This document shows, piece after piece, positions 6,851 to 14,298 of a DNA stretch of 39,147 nt. This DNA comes from Planctomycetota bacterium. GTDB taxonomy: Bacteria; Planctomycetota; MHYJ01; JACPRB01. The notes under the pieces are model-generated. The model worked only from the letters and a program-made list of their open reading frames with translations. It was not told the origin of the DNA and made no database searches. Numbering within the stretch: the first letter of the stretch is position 1; each line of letters begins with the position of its first letter. The position numbers and the translations under genes are program-made. The stretch covers positions 1-39,147 of the forward strand of contig DASRJF010000409.1 in assembly GCA_035649615.1 (NCBI GenBank). The letters are read 5' to 3'.

Positions 6851-8233
6851 TTGAAGAAATCGCGGACAGCGCACGGCGACTTGCCTATGCAGGAAATACT
6901 CTCGGATCGACCCTTCTCCCTGGAGCCGTACTTCGAGACGCTCTCGCGGCTCGACACCGCGCGCGTCACGGGCCGCGTGCGGCGGGTCGCGGGCCTCATC
7001 GCGGAGTGCGAGGGTCTCACCGCGCCGGTCGGGGCCGTCTGCGCCATCCAGCCCGCGGCGGGGGAGGCGCTGCGCGCGGAAGTCGTGGGATTCCGCGACG
7101 ACGCGACGCTCCTCATGCCGTTCGGCGAAGTCTCGGGCGTCCGCCGCGGAGACGACGTGGTCTGTCTCCAGCTGGCGCCGCGCGTCTCGGTCGGGGACGC
7201 GCTGCTCGGGCGCGTGATCGACGCCGAGGGGAATCCGCTGGACGGCGCGCCGCCTCCCGTCACCGACGAATCGCGGCCGCTCTTCGGAAGGGCGCCGTCG
7301 CCGCTCGACCGGGACCGCATCGTCGAGCCGCTCGCGACGGGCGTGCGCGCGATCGACGCGTTCCACACGTGCGGGCGGGGCCAGAGAATCGGCCTCTTCT
7401 CCGGCTCCGGCGTGGGCAAGAGCGTGCTCCTCGGCATGCTCGCGCGGAGGGCCGCCGCCGATGTCGTGGTGGTGGCGCTCGTGGGCGAGCGCGGGCGCGA
7501 AGTGCGGGAGTTCATCGAGAAGAACCTCGGGCCGGAAGGCCGGGCGCGCGCGGTCGTGGTGGTGGAGACCGCCGAGCGCCCGCCGCTCCTCCGCTTCCGC
7601 GCCGCGTTCGTCGCGACGGCGATCGCCGAGCACTTCCGCGGGCGCGGCCGCCACGTCCTCCTGCTCATGGACTCGCTCACGCGGATGGCGAACGCCCAGC
7701 GCGAGATCGGCCTGTCCGCGGGCGAGCCGCCGGCCACGCGGGGATATCCGCCGTCGGTCTTCGCGACCCTGCCCCGGCTCCTGGAGCGCGCCGGCTCCTC
7801 CAACGGCGGCAGCGTCACCGGGATCTACTCGGTCCTCGTCGAGGGCGACGACCTCAACGAGCCCGTCGCCGACGCCGCGCGCAGCGTGCTCGACGGCCAC
7901 CTCGTGCTCTCGCGGTCGCTGGCGGTCCGCGGCCACTATCCCGCGGTCGACACGCTCGCGAGCGTCTCGCGGCTCATGTCCGACGTCGCGTCCCCCGAGC
8001 ACCGGCGCGCGGCCGCGCGCCTGGCGTCCTTCCTCGCCGTCCACAAGGACGCCGAGGACCTGATCAATGTCGGCGCCTACGTGAAGGGCGCGAATCCCGA
8101 GATCGACCGGGCCCTCGCGGCGCGGCCGGCGATCCTCGGCTACCTGCGGCAGGACGTCGAGGAGTGCGCGGAGTTCGGCGACTCGGTCCGCCGGCTGGTC
8201 GAGCTGGCCGCGGCGAACGGAGATCGCGCATGA
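6851..8233 (+). CDS. fliI: Flagellum-specific ATPase FliI
   Basis: Walker A GLFSGSGVGKSVLLGM, Walker B HVLLLMDSLTRMA, GSVTGIYSVLVEGDDLNEPVAD, HYPAVDTLASVSR. The start is uncertain: TTG at 6851 (AGGA upstream) or ATG at 6887. Confidence 0.95.
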   Translation: MKKSRTAHGDLPMQEILSDRPFSLEPYFETLSRLDTARVTGRVRRVAGLIAECEGLTAPVGAVCAIQPAAGEALRAEVVGFRDDATLLMPFGEVSGVRRGDDVVCLQLAPRVSVGDALLGRVIDAEGNPLDGAPPPVTDESRPLFGRAPSPLDRDRIVEPLATGVRAIDAFHTCGRGQRIGLFSGSGVGKSVLLGMLARRAAADVVVVALVGERGREVREFIEKNLGPEGRARAVVVVETAERPPLLRFRAAFVATAIAEHFRGRGRHVLLLMDSLTRMANAQREIGLSAGEPPATRGYPPSVFATLPRLLERAGSSNGGSVTGIYSVLVEGDDLNEPVADAARSVLDGHLVLSRSLAVRGHYPAVDTLASVSRLMSDVASPEHRRAAARLASFLAVHKDAEDLINVGAYVKGANPEIDRALAARPAILGYLRQDVEECAEFGDSVRRLVELAAANGDRA

Positions 8234-8655
8234 ACCGCCTGGATCGCCTGCTCCGGATCCGGAAGGCGGGCGAGGGGATCGAGCGCGGCCGGTTCGACCG
8301 GGCGCGGCTCGAGGCGGCGGCGCGGCGCGCCGAAACGGAAGCGGCGGCGTCGAAGCGCGACGCGGTGGGGGAAGACGTGCGCGCGCAATCGCGGGGAGCG
8401 ATCGACGTCGCGCGGCTCCGGAGCGCCGCGGATTGCCGCGACGCGATGGCCCGCAGCCTTCTCACGGGAGAGGGCCTCGCCCGGGACGCGGACCGGCGCG
8501 CCGAGGAGCGGAGGCGCCGTCTCGAGGCCGCGAACCGGGAAGTGCGCGCGATCGAGAAGGTCGCCGAACGGCGGGCCGCCGCCGAAACGGCGCGCGCGCG
8601 CGCCGCGGAAACGCGTGAATGCGACGACCGGCCCCGGACCGCGGAGCGCCCGTGA
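8230..8655 (+). CDS. fliJ: FliJ-like flagellar export chaperone (coiled coil)
   Basis: The ATG at 8230 overlaps the fliI stop (ATGA). 141 aa, Arg/Ala/Glu-rich and helical (LLRIRKAGEGIERGRF...LEAANREVRAIEKVAERR). Assignment rests mainly on size, composition and position after fliI. Confidence 0.55.
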   Translation: MNRLDRLLRIRKAGEGIERGRFDRARLEAAARRAETEAAASKRDAVGEDVRAQSRGAIDVARLRSAADCRDAMARSLLTGEGLARDADRRAEERRRRLEAANREVRAIEKVAERRAAAETARARAAETRECDDRPRTAERP

Positions 8656-8969
8656 CGACGCGCCGATTGCGCCCGCCCCCCCAGCGGGGTAGCCTGTCCC
8701 TCATGCCCGACGGCTCCCTTCCGGTTCCGGCGGACGCCCTTCGCGACGTGGAACTCCAGGCGCGCCTCGAGCTCGGCCGCGCCCTCCTGCCGGTGCGCGA
8801 CCTCCTGCAGCTGGGGCCGGGGGCGGTCGTCGAGCTCGACCGCCGCGTGGGAGATCCCGTCGAGCTCTTCGTGAACGACCGCCTCGTCGCGCGCGGGGAG
8901 ATCGTGGTCGCCGGCGGATCGTTCGCGCTGCGCGTCACCGAAGTCCTGGCCCCCACCGATCCCGCTTGA
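8652..8969 (+). CDS. fliN: Flagellar motor switch protein FliN (SpoA domain)
   Basis: SpoA/FliN signature VELQARLELGRALLPVRDLLQLGPGAVVELDRRVGDPVELFVNDRLVARGEIVVAGGSFALRVTEVL. The GTG at 8652 overlaps the fliJ stop (GTGA). The ATG at 8703 is an alternative start. Confidence 0.8.
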   Translation: MTTRRLRPPPQRGSLSLMPDGSLPVPADALRDVELQARLELGRALLPVRDLLQLGPGAVVELDRRVGDPVELFVNDRLVARGEIVVAGGSFALRVTEVLAPTDPA

Positions 8970-8974
8970 CCCCA

Positions 8975-9069
8975 GTTCAAAGTTCAAGGTCCAAAGTTAT
9001 CCTGCGTCCGGAGTCCTGGGTCGGGCGGATTCCGGATGACCTTGAACTTTGAACCTTGAACCTTGATCC
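8975..9069. repeat. Heptamer-periodic inverted repeat (GTTCAAA/GTTCAAG/GTCCAAA) downstream of fliN
   Basis: Left arm gttcaaagttcaaggtccaaagtt. Right arm gaccttgaactttgaaccttgaaccttgatcc. The spacer holds tcctgcgtc (9000-9008) and gagtcctgggt (9011-9021), both also present in the 19491-19610 repeat. Confidence 0.9.
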
Positions 9070-9119
9070 TTTCGGAATTCCCCTTCCCTTTTGATTCGCC
9101 AGAGATATAATTTACACAT

Positions 9120-9144
9120 CATAGTTTACAAAATGTAAACTATG
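9120..9144. promoter_or_regulatory. Perfect 11-bp inverted repeat (operator-like) in an AT-rich patch; TATAAT at 9106-9111
   Basis: catagtttaca-aaa-tgtaaactatg (9120-9144), preceded by agagaTATAATttacac. This is the only strongly AT-rich stretch in the flagellar block. It lies just upstream of, or overlapping, the fliO start candidates (9142/9172). Confidence 0.5.
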
Positions 9145-9171
9145 AGTTGGTTCGAGAGAGGGGAAGAGGGA

Positions 9172-9759
9172 ATGGGTGCACCGCTCCAGGATCCGTCCGT
9201 CCCGGCCGCGCGCGTCGAAATCCCCGCCGAGCTCCTCCGCGAGGAGGTTCCTGCCCCGACGCCCCGGCTCCAGACGCTGAAAAAGTACGAGGACCAGCTG
9301 ATCGGGCAGAACGCCGGGCCCGAGCCCGGCATCGGCGGGGCGCTCGCCGCCACCGCGTTCGTGGTCGCCCTCCTGCTCGGCGCGTTCCTCCTCCTGAGAA
9401 AATTCCTCGGTCGCTCCCGGCTGTTCGCCTCGAACTCCGCGCTTCGCATCCTGGCCCGCCGCCCGCTCGCGCCGAGGCAGGAAGTGATCCTCGTGGAAAT
9501 CGGATCGCGCGTCCTCGTCGTGGGCGCCACGCGGGAATCGCTCTCGCGCCTCGGCGAGCTGACGAGCGCGGACGAGATCGCCGCGATCCGGTCCCGGTGC
9601 GGAGCCGCGCCCGTCGAATCCATCCCGGTCCGCGCCGCGCGTCCCGAACCCGTTCCCGTCGATTCCAAGCCGGGCGCCTCCTACGACGGCGTCCTCGAGG
9701 AACTCTCCAAGCTCCGCACCACGATGCACGACTGGTCCCGGCAGGAGGTGACACCATGA
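9172..9759 (+). CDS. fliO: FliO-like flagellar biosynthesis protein
   Basis: RBS ggggaagaggg, then ATG at 9172 (the alternative ATG at 9142 lies inside the palindrome). One TM segment (GALAATAFVVALLLGAFLLL), then the FliO-like pattern LRILARRPLAPRQEVILVEIGSRVLVVGATRESLSRL. Located upstream of fliP. Confidence 0.6.
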   Translation: MGAPLQDPSVPAARVEIPAELLREEVPAPTPRLQTLKKYEDQLIGQNAGPEPGIGGALAATAFVVALLLGAFLLLRKFLGRSRLFASNSALRILARRPLAPRQEVILVEIGSRVLVVGATRESLSRLGELTSADEIAAIRSRCGAAPVESIPVRAARPEPVPVDSKPGASYDGVLEELSKLRTTMHDWSRQEVTP

Positions 9760-10862
9760 GCCGATTCTTCTTCGTCGCGACGCTGCTGGCGGTCGCCGCG
9801 TCCGCTCCTCTCGCGCTGTCCCGCAAAGAGGCGGCGCCCGCGCCCAGGGCTTCTGAAATTGTCTCGATGCCGGGCGGCCCGGCGGCGCGCCGCACGCTCT
9901 CCCTCTCCGACCGCGACTTGGGGCCCGCGTGGAGCGCGTTCGTCGCGTTCCGATTCCTGGGCGCCCCGTGTCCCCCCGAATCCGGGGCGAGATTCGTGAA
10001 CGCCTTCTTCGACGGGCGCCTGCCCGCGGCGGCGGGATTCGTCCGGACCGAGCTCGCGAACATCGACCTCCCGGGCGCCGCGCGGATCGCGGACCGCGCG
10101 CGCTCGTTCGACCGGGCGCTCGTCCTCCTGGGCCCCGCGCCCGAATCGCTGCTCCGCGTGTTCGTCGAACGCGCCGAAGACCCCGAGGCTCACGTCGAGG
10201 CGACGCGCGCCAACGTGGAAGTCCTCGCCGGCCTCGTGGCGGATCCGGCGCTCGGCGAGCGGGCGTTCAGCCTGCTCAAGGCCGCCGGCGGCGTGCCGTC
10301 GCGGGCCATCCATGCCCTGAGCCAGCGGGTGGCGTGCGACTCCTGGGCCCGGACGGCGCTCGGATCGCTCGGGACCAAGGCGGTTCCGTGCCTCCTCGAA
10401 GCTCTCGATTCGTCCGACGCCCGGCGGCGCGCCGCGGGCGCCTGGGTCCTGGCGGGAATCGGCGACCCGGCCCACGCCGAGCGGATCCTCCAGGCCGCGC
10501 TGCCCGAGCTGGCGCGCGATTCGATCCCGGGAAACGCGGCCTTCGCGATCCGCGCGCTCGCCGCGCTCGGGGACCGCGCGCGGCCAGCCGTCCGCGTCCT
10601 CCTGAGGTCGGCGGACGACCAGGCGGTGGCGGGGGCGCTCCAGGTGCTCATGAAATCGGGCGGGGCAACCGCGGAAGATCTCGACGCGGCGCGGTCGCGC
10701 GTCGAGCGGCTCGCGTCGCGGGCCGCCGAGGCGGGCGACGAAGCGTCGATCGGCCTCGAATTGCGCGCGGCGCTCGGGGTGGCGACCGGGGCGATGAGAG
10801 TCCCCGATCCGCCCGAGAACCTGAATCCGTCGCAGGCGGAGTCGTCCGCCCGCACTTGGTAG
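9756..10862 (+). CDS. Secreted HEAT/ARM-repeat protein inserted between fliO and fliP
   Basis: The ATG at 9756 overlaps the fliO stop (ATGA). Signal-like MSRFFFVATLLAVAASAPLALS. HEAT-like repeats (AVPCLLEALDSSDARRRAAGAWVLAGIGDPAHAERIL, ARPAVRVLLRSADDQAVAGALQVLMKSG). Confidence 0.7.
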   Translation: MSRFFFVATLLAVAASAPLALSRKEAAPAPRASEIVSMPGGPAARRTLSLSDRDLGPAWSAFVAFRFLGAPCPPESGARFVNAFFDGRLPAAAGFVRTELANIDLPGAARIADRARSFDRALVLLGPAPESLLRVFVERAEDPEAHVEATRANVEVLAGLVADPALGERAFSLLKAAGGVPSRAIHALSQRVACDSWARTALGSLGTKAVPCLLEALDSSDARRRAAGAWVLAGIGDPAHAERILQAALPELARDSIPGNAAFAIRALAALGDRARPAVRVLLRSADDQAVAGALQVLMKSGGATAEDLDAARSRVERLASRAAEAGDEASIGLELRAALGVATGAMRVPDPPENLNPSQAESSARTW

Positions 10863-10876
10863 GGAAGGGGAACCTC

Positions 10877-11692
10877 GTGACGTCGCGGCTTCTCGTGTCG
10901 GCTTTCGTCCTCGCCCTCTTCGCGGGGGGCGCGGCGGCGGCCTCCGCCTACGACCAGGACCGCGCGCCCGGGTCGAAGCAGGAGCAGAAGCCGGACGGGC
11001 TCATCCCCACGCAGGACTGGCTCAAGCGCGACGGCGATCCCGACAAGGTGGTCACGACGGTGCAGCTCTTCGTCATCTTCACCGTCCTCGCCCTCGCGCC
11101 CTCGATCCTCGTCCTCCTGACCTCGTTCACGCGGATCGTGATCGTCCTCTCGTTCGTGCGGCGCGCGCTCGCCCTCCAGGACCTGCCGCCGAACCAGGTC
11201 ATCGTCGGGCTCTCCATGATCCTCACGTTCCTCGTCATGACGCCGACGATCACCGCCATCAAGCAGGACGCCGTCGACCCGTACCTCGCGGCCGACGCGA
11301 AGGCGCGGATCTCCCAGCCGGAGGCGCTCGACCGGTCCGTCAAGCACCTGCGCCACTTCATGGAGAAGCACACGCGGGGCGAGGACCTGACGCTTCTCAT
11401 GGAGATCACGAAGCAGCCCCGCAAGGCCGAGGGCTGGACGCTGGCCGACGTGCCCACGACGGTCCTTATCCCCGCGTTCGTGATCAGCGAGCTCCGCCGG
11501 GCGTTCATCATGGGATTCGCGCTGTTCCTTCCCTTCCTCGTCATCGACATGGTCGTGGCCTCGATCCTCGTGTCGATGGGCATGATCGTCCTCCCGCCGA
11601 TGCTGATCTCGATCCCGTTCAAGATCCTCCTGTTCGTGTTGGTGGATGGATGGCACCTGATCGTGGGGTCGCTCGTGAAGAGTTTTTACTGA
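10877..11692 (+). CDS. fliP: Flagellar export apparatus protein FliP
   Basis: RBS gggaagggg, then GTG at 10877. Signal peptide, then the conserved FliP core: VQLFVIFTVLALAPSILVLLTSFTRIVIVLSFVRRALALQDLPPNQVIVGLSMILTFLVMTP ... IPAFVISELRRAFIMGFALFLPFLVIDMVVASILVSMGM. Confidence 0.95.
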   Translation: MTSRLLVSAFVLALFAGGAAAASAYDQDRAPGSKQEQKPDGLIPTQDWLKRDGDPDKVVTTVQLFVIFTVLALAPSILVLLTSFTRIVIVLSFVRRALALQDLPPNQVIVGLSMILTFLVMTPTITAIKQDAVDPYLAADAKARISQPEALDRSVKHLRHFMEKHTRGEDLTLLMEITKQPRKAEGWTLADVPTTVLIPAFVISELRRAFIMGFALFLPFLVIDMVVASILVSMGMIVLPPMLISIPFKILLFVLVDGWHLIVGSLVKSFY

Positions 11693-11791
11693 GACTTCAG
11701 ACTTCGGACTTCAGACTTCAGAAAGAGGTCGTCAGTGGTCAGTTTTCAGGAATCGGGAATCGCTAATCACCAATCGCCAATCGCCAATCGC
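11693..11791. repeat. Two different heptamer tandem arrays (GACTTCA x4; GGAATCG/CCAATCG x6) downstream of fliP
   Basis: gacttca gacttcg gacttca gacttca (11693-11720). ggaatcg ggaatcg ctaatca ccaatcg ccaatcg ccaatcg (11749-11790), followed by ttttt. The two arrays are not complementary to each other. Confidence 0.9.
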
Positions 11792-11843
11792 TTTTTGAAC
11801 GTCGGGAATCGGCAATAGGTGATCGTTCCTGGGGAATCGAGAC

Positions 11844-12107
11844 ATGGAGTTTGCGACGGACGTGGCGCGCGAGGCGCTCTGGATCGCGGTGAAGATTTCG
11901 CTTCCCGTCCTCGCCGTCGGGCTGGCCGTGGGCCTGGTCGTGGCGATCCTCCAGGCGGCCACGCAGGTCCAGGAGTCGTCGCTCACGTTCCTCCCCAAGA
12001 TGCTCGCGATCGTCCTGACGCTGGCCCTGCTGATGCCGTGGATGCTGTCGGTGCTGGTCGAGTACGCCCGGAGGCTGATCTCGGGATTTCCCGGGATGAC
12101 GATGTGA
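11844..12107 (+). CDS. fliQ: Flagellar export apparatus protein FliQ
   Basis: 87 aa with two TM segments. FliQ-like LWIAVKISLPVLAVGLAVGLVVAILQAATQVQESSLTFLPKMLAIVLTL. Confidence 0.9.
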   Translation: MEFATDVAREALWIAVKISLPVLAVGLAVGLVVAILQAATQVQESSLTFLPKMLAIVLTLALLMPWMLSVLVEYARRLISGFPGMTM

Positions 12108-12113
12108 CCGGAC

Positions 12114-12896
12114 ATGAACGCGATGGGAATCGAGAACTCGCCTTTCTTCGTGCTGCTGGCCATCCGCTTCGGCGGGCTGGTCGTGTCGGCGCCCCTGTTC
12201 GGCAGCCCTCCGGTTCCGCTGCCGTTGCGGGGCGCGCTGGCGATCCTCCTGGCCTTTCTCTTCACGCCGCTGGCGGGGCCTTCGACGGGAGCGACGTGGA
12301 CGGCGGGAGCGTTCGTCCTCGCGGCGGCCGCGGAAGGCGCCGTCGGACTCCTCATCGGGTTCACGGCGTCGCTGCTCTTCGCGGCGGTCCGGCTGGCCGG
12401 GCACCTCGTGGACCAGGACATGGGCCTCTCGCTCGCGGCGGTCCTCGATCCGGTCACGGGCGAGCCGGTGTCGATCGTGGGCCAGTTCCAGGGGCTGCTC
12501 GCCCTGGTGGTGTACCTCGTCATCAACGGCCATCACATCCTGCTGACGGCGGTGGCCGAGAGCCTTCGCGTCCTGCCGGTGGGCGGCGGGATCGGGTCCC
12601 CGGGCGCGGGCCCGGGCCTCGTCGGGGACATGGCCGCGGGCCTGTTCGGGGTGGCCCTGACGCTCGCGATTCCCGCCCTGGCCACGCTCTTCCTCGTCAC
12701 GGTGGCGATGGCGTTCCTCGCCCGCGGCGTTCCGGAGATGAATCTCCTCGCGCTCGGCTATCCGATGCGGACGCTCGTGGGAATGGCCGCGCTCGCGGTC
12801 AGCGTGGGGTACTTCGTGCGGGCGTTCGCGAAGCTGGCTTCGGACCAGGAGGGGATCCTGCGGGGTCTCGTGGGAATGCTCGGGGGAAGGCCGTGA
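12114..12896 (+). CDS. fliR: Flagellar export apparatus protein FliR
   Basis: 260 aa, polytopic. FliR-like FVLLAIRFGGLVVSAPLFGS, AAEGAVGLLIGF, RLAGHLVDQDMGLSLAAVLDP, LVVYLVINGHH. Follows fliQ. Confidence 0.9.
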   Translation: MNAMGIENSPFFVLLAIRFGGLVVSAPLFGSPPVPLPLRGALAILLAFLFTPLAGPSTGATWTAGAFVLAAAAEGAVGLLIGFTASLLFAAVRLAGHLVDQDMGLSLAAVLDPVTGEPVSIVGQFQGLLALVVYLVINGHHILLTAVAESLRVLPVGGGIGSPGAGPGLVGDMAAGLFGVALTLAIPALATLFLVTVAMAFLARGVPEMNLLALGYPMRTLVGMAALAVSVGYFVRAFAKLASDQEGILRGLVGMLGGRP

Positions 12897-13249
12897 GCCA
12901 GATCGCCCGGCTGCTGCCGCTCGCGGCGCTCCTCGGAGCGTGGGTCGCGGCCGCGCCGAAGGTCGAGGAACCGCGCGCTCCGGGCGCCGTGGACCGGGCG
13001 TGGACGTCGCGCGGATTCGCGGAACAGCTCCAGGCGGCGGCGGACCGCGCGGGCGCGGAACTGCGCGAGGCGCCCGAAGTCGCCTGGGCAGACGTCGCCG
13101 TGCGCTCGATCGACGACCATGCGCCGCTGCAGGTCGAAGCCTCGATCGAGTGGAGTTCCGCAGTTCCCGCTGAAAGACAAGAGGCGCTCCTGACGGCCGT
13201 GCGCTCGTGGTTCGAGTCGTTCGCGATCGTGGAAGTCGTGACGAAATGA
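12893..13249 (+). CDS. Small secreted hypothetical protein between fliR and flhB
   Basis: The GTG at 12893 overlaps the fliR stop (GTGA), and its own stop overlaps the flhB ATG (ATGA). 118 aa, signal-like VSQIARLLPLAALLGAWVAAAP. No family recognised. Confidence 0.5.
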   Translation: MSQIARLLPLAALLGAWVAAAPKVEEPRAPGAVDRAWTSRGFAEQLQAAADRAGAELREAPEVAWADVAVRSIDDHAPLQVEASIEWSSAVPAERQEALLTAVRSWFESFAIVEVVTK

Positions 13250-14298
13250 TGACTGAAACCGAAGTCGAGGACCGGACGGAAGCCCCGACCCCGCGGCGGC
13301 TCCGGGAGGCCCGCAAGAAGGGACAGGTCGCGGTGAGCCGCGATCTCGCCGCCGCGCTGGCGCTGCTGGCCACGGCCGGCGGTCTTCACCTGCTCGGACC
13401 TTGGCTGATGGCCGGACTTCGCGCGGGACTGGGGCGCTCGCTGTCGGGACTTCATGAAATGAACTCCGCGGAGGCCGCCGTTTCCGCGCTGGGCCTCGGC
13501 GGGGAAATGATGGGCGCCGCGGCGCCGATCCTGGTCTTCGCCCTGGCCGCCGGCGTCCTCGCGACGCTGACGCAGGTGGGTTTCATCTTCACGACCGAGA
13601 CCCTCAAGCTCCAGCCGGACCGCCTGGATCCCCTCGGCGGATTCCGGCGCGCGTTCTCCATGCAAACGTTCGTCGGAATCGCGGGAGGCCTGGCCAAGGG
13701 CGCGGTCATCCTGGGAATCCTCGCCGCCTCGCTCTGGCAGGAGCGCGCGACGCTCGCCGGATTGTCAACGCGGCCCCTCTCCGAGGGACTCGCGGTCCTC
13801 ACGGGGTCCGCCGCGGCCCTGTTCACCAAGACCGCGCTCGCCCTGCTCGCGCTCGGAGTGGTCGACTGGGCGTACCGGCGCTGGCAGCACCTCCGCGACC
13901 TGCGGATGAGCCGTCGCGAAGTCCAGGACGAGCTGAGGGAATTCGAGGGCGATCCCGAGATCAAGCGTCGCCGCCGGTCCCACCACGCGCAGCTCGACGA
14001 GACGCGCATGCTCGCGCACGTCCCCGGCGCGCTCGCGGTCGTCACCGACGACGGCGATGTCGCGGTCGCGCTCGGAGGGGAGGGCGGGACGCCGGTCGTC
14101 CTGGCGAAGGCTCGCGGGGCGGTCGCGGACCGGATCCGCGAAACGGCGCTCGGCCACGGCATCCCCGTGCTGGAACGGGCGGACCTGGCCCGGGGGCTCA
14201 ACCGGCGCGGGAAGTCCGGCTCGGAAGTGCCGTCGGGCCTTCGCGAGGGGGCGGCGGAAGTCCTGGCGGTGGCGCGCGAGATGAAAGGCAACGGATGA
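13246..14298 (+). CDS. flhB: Flagellar export switch protein FlhB (NPTH motif replaced by DDGD)
   Basis: The ATG at 13246 gives the N-terminus MMTETEVEDRTEAPTPRRLREARKKGQVAVSRDL. Four TM segments. MSRREVQDELREFEGDPEIKRRRR. C-terminal domain ALAVVTDDGDVAVAL...PVVLAKARGAVADRIRETALGHGIPVLERADLARGL. Confidence 0.9.
   Translation: MMTETEVEDRTEAPTPRRLREARKKGQVAVSRDLAAALALLATAGGLHLLGPWLMAGLRAGLGRSLSGLHEMNSAEAAVSALGLGGEMMGAAAPILVFALAAGVLATLTQVGFIFTTETLKLQPDRLDPLGGFRRAFSMQTFVGIAGGLAKGAVILGILAASLWQERATLAGLSTRPLSEGLAVLTGSAAALFTKTALALLALGVVDWAYRRWQHLRDLRMSRREVQDELREFEGDPEIKRRRRSHHAQLDETRMLAHVPGALAVVTDDGDVAVALGGEGGTPVVLAKARGAVADRIRETALGHGIPVLERADLARGLNRRGKSGSEVPSGLREGAAEVLAVAREMKGNG

Noticed and set aside
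5030-8044. 1004-aa minus-strand ORF antisense to fliG-fliH-fliI
   Set aside because: It is an antisense artefact of high G+C. The sequence is Arg/Glu/Asp/Gly-rich with no recognisable motifs, whereas the sense frames carry clear FliG/FliH/FliI signatures.
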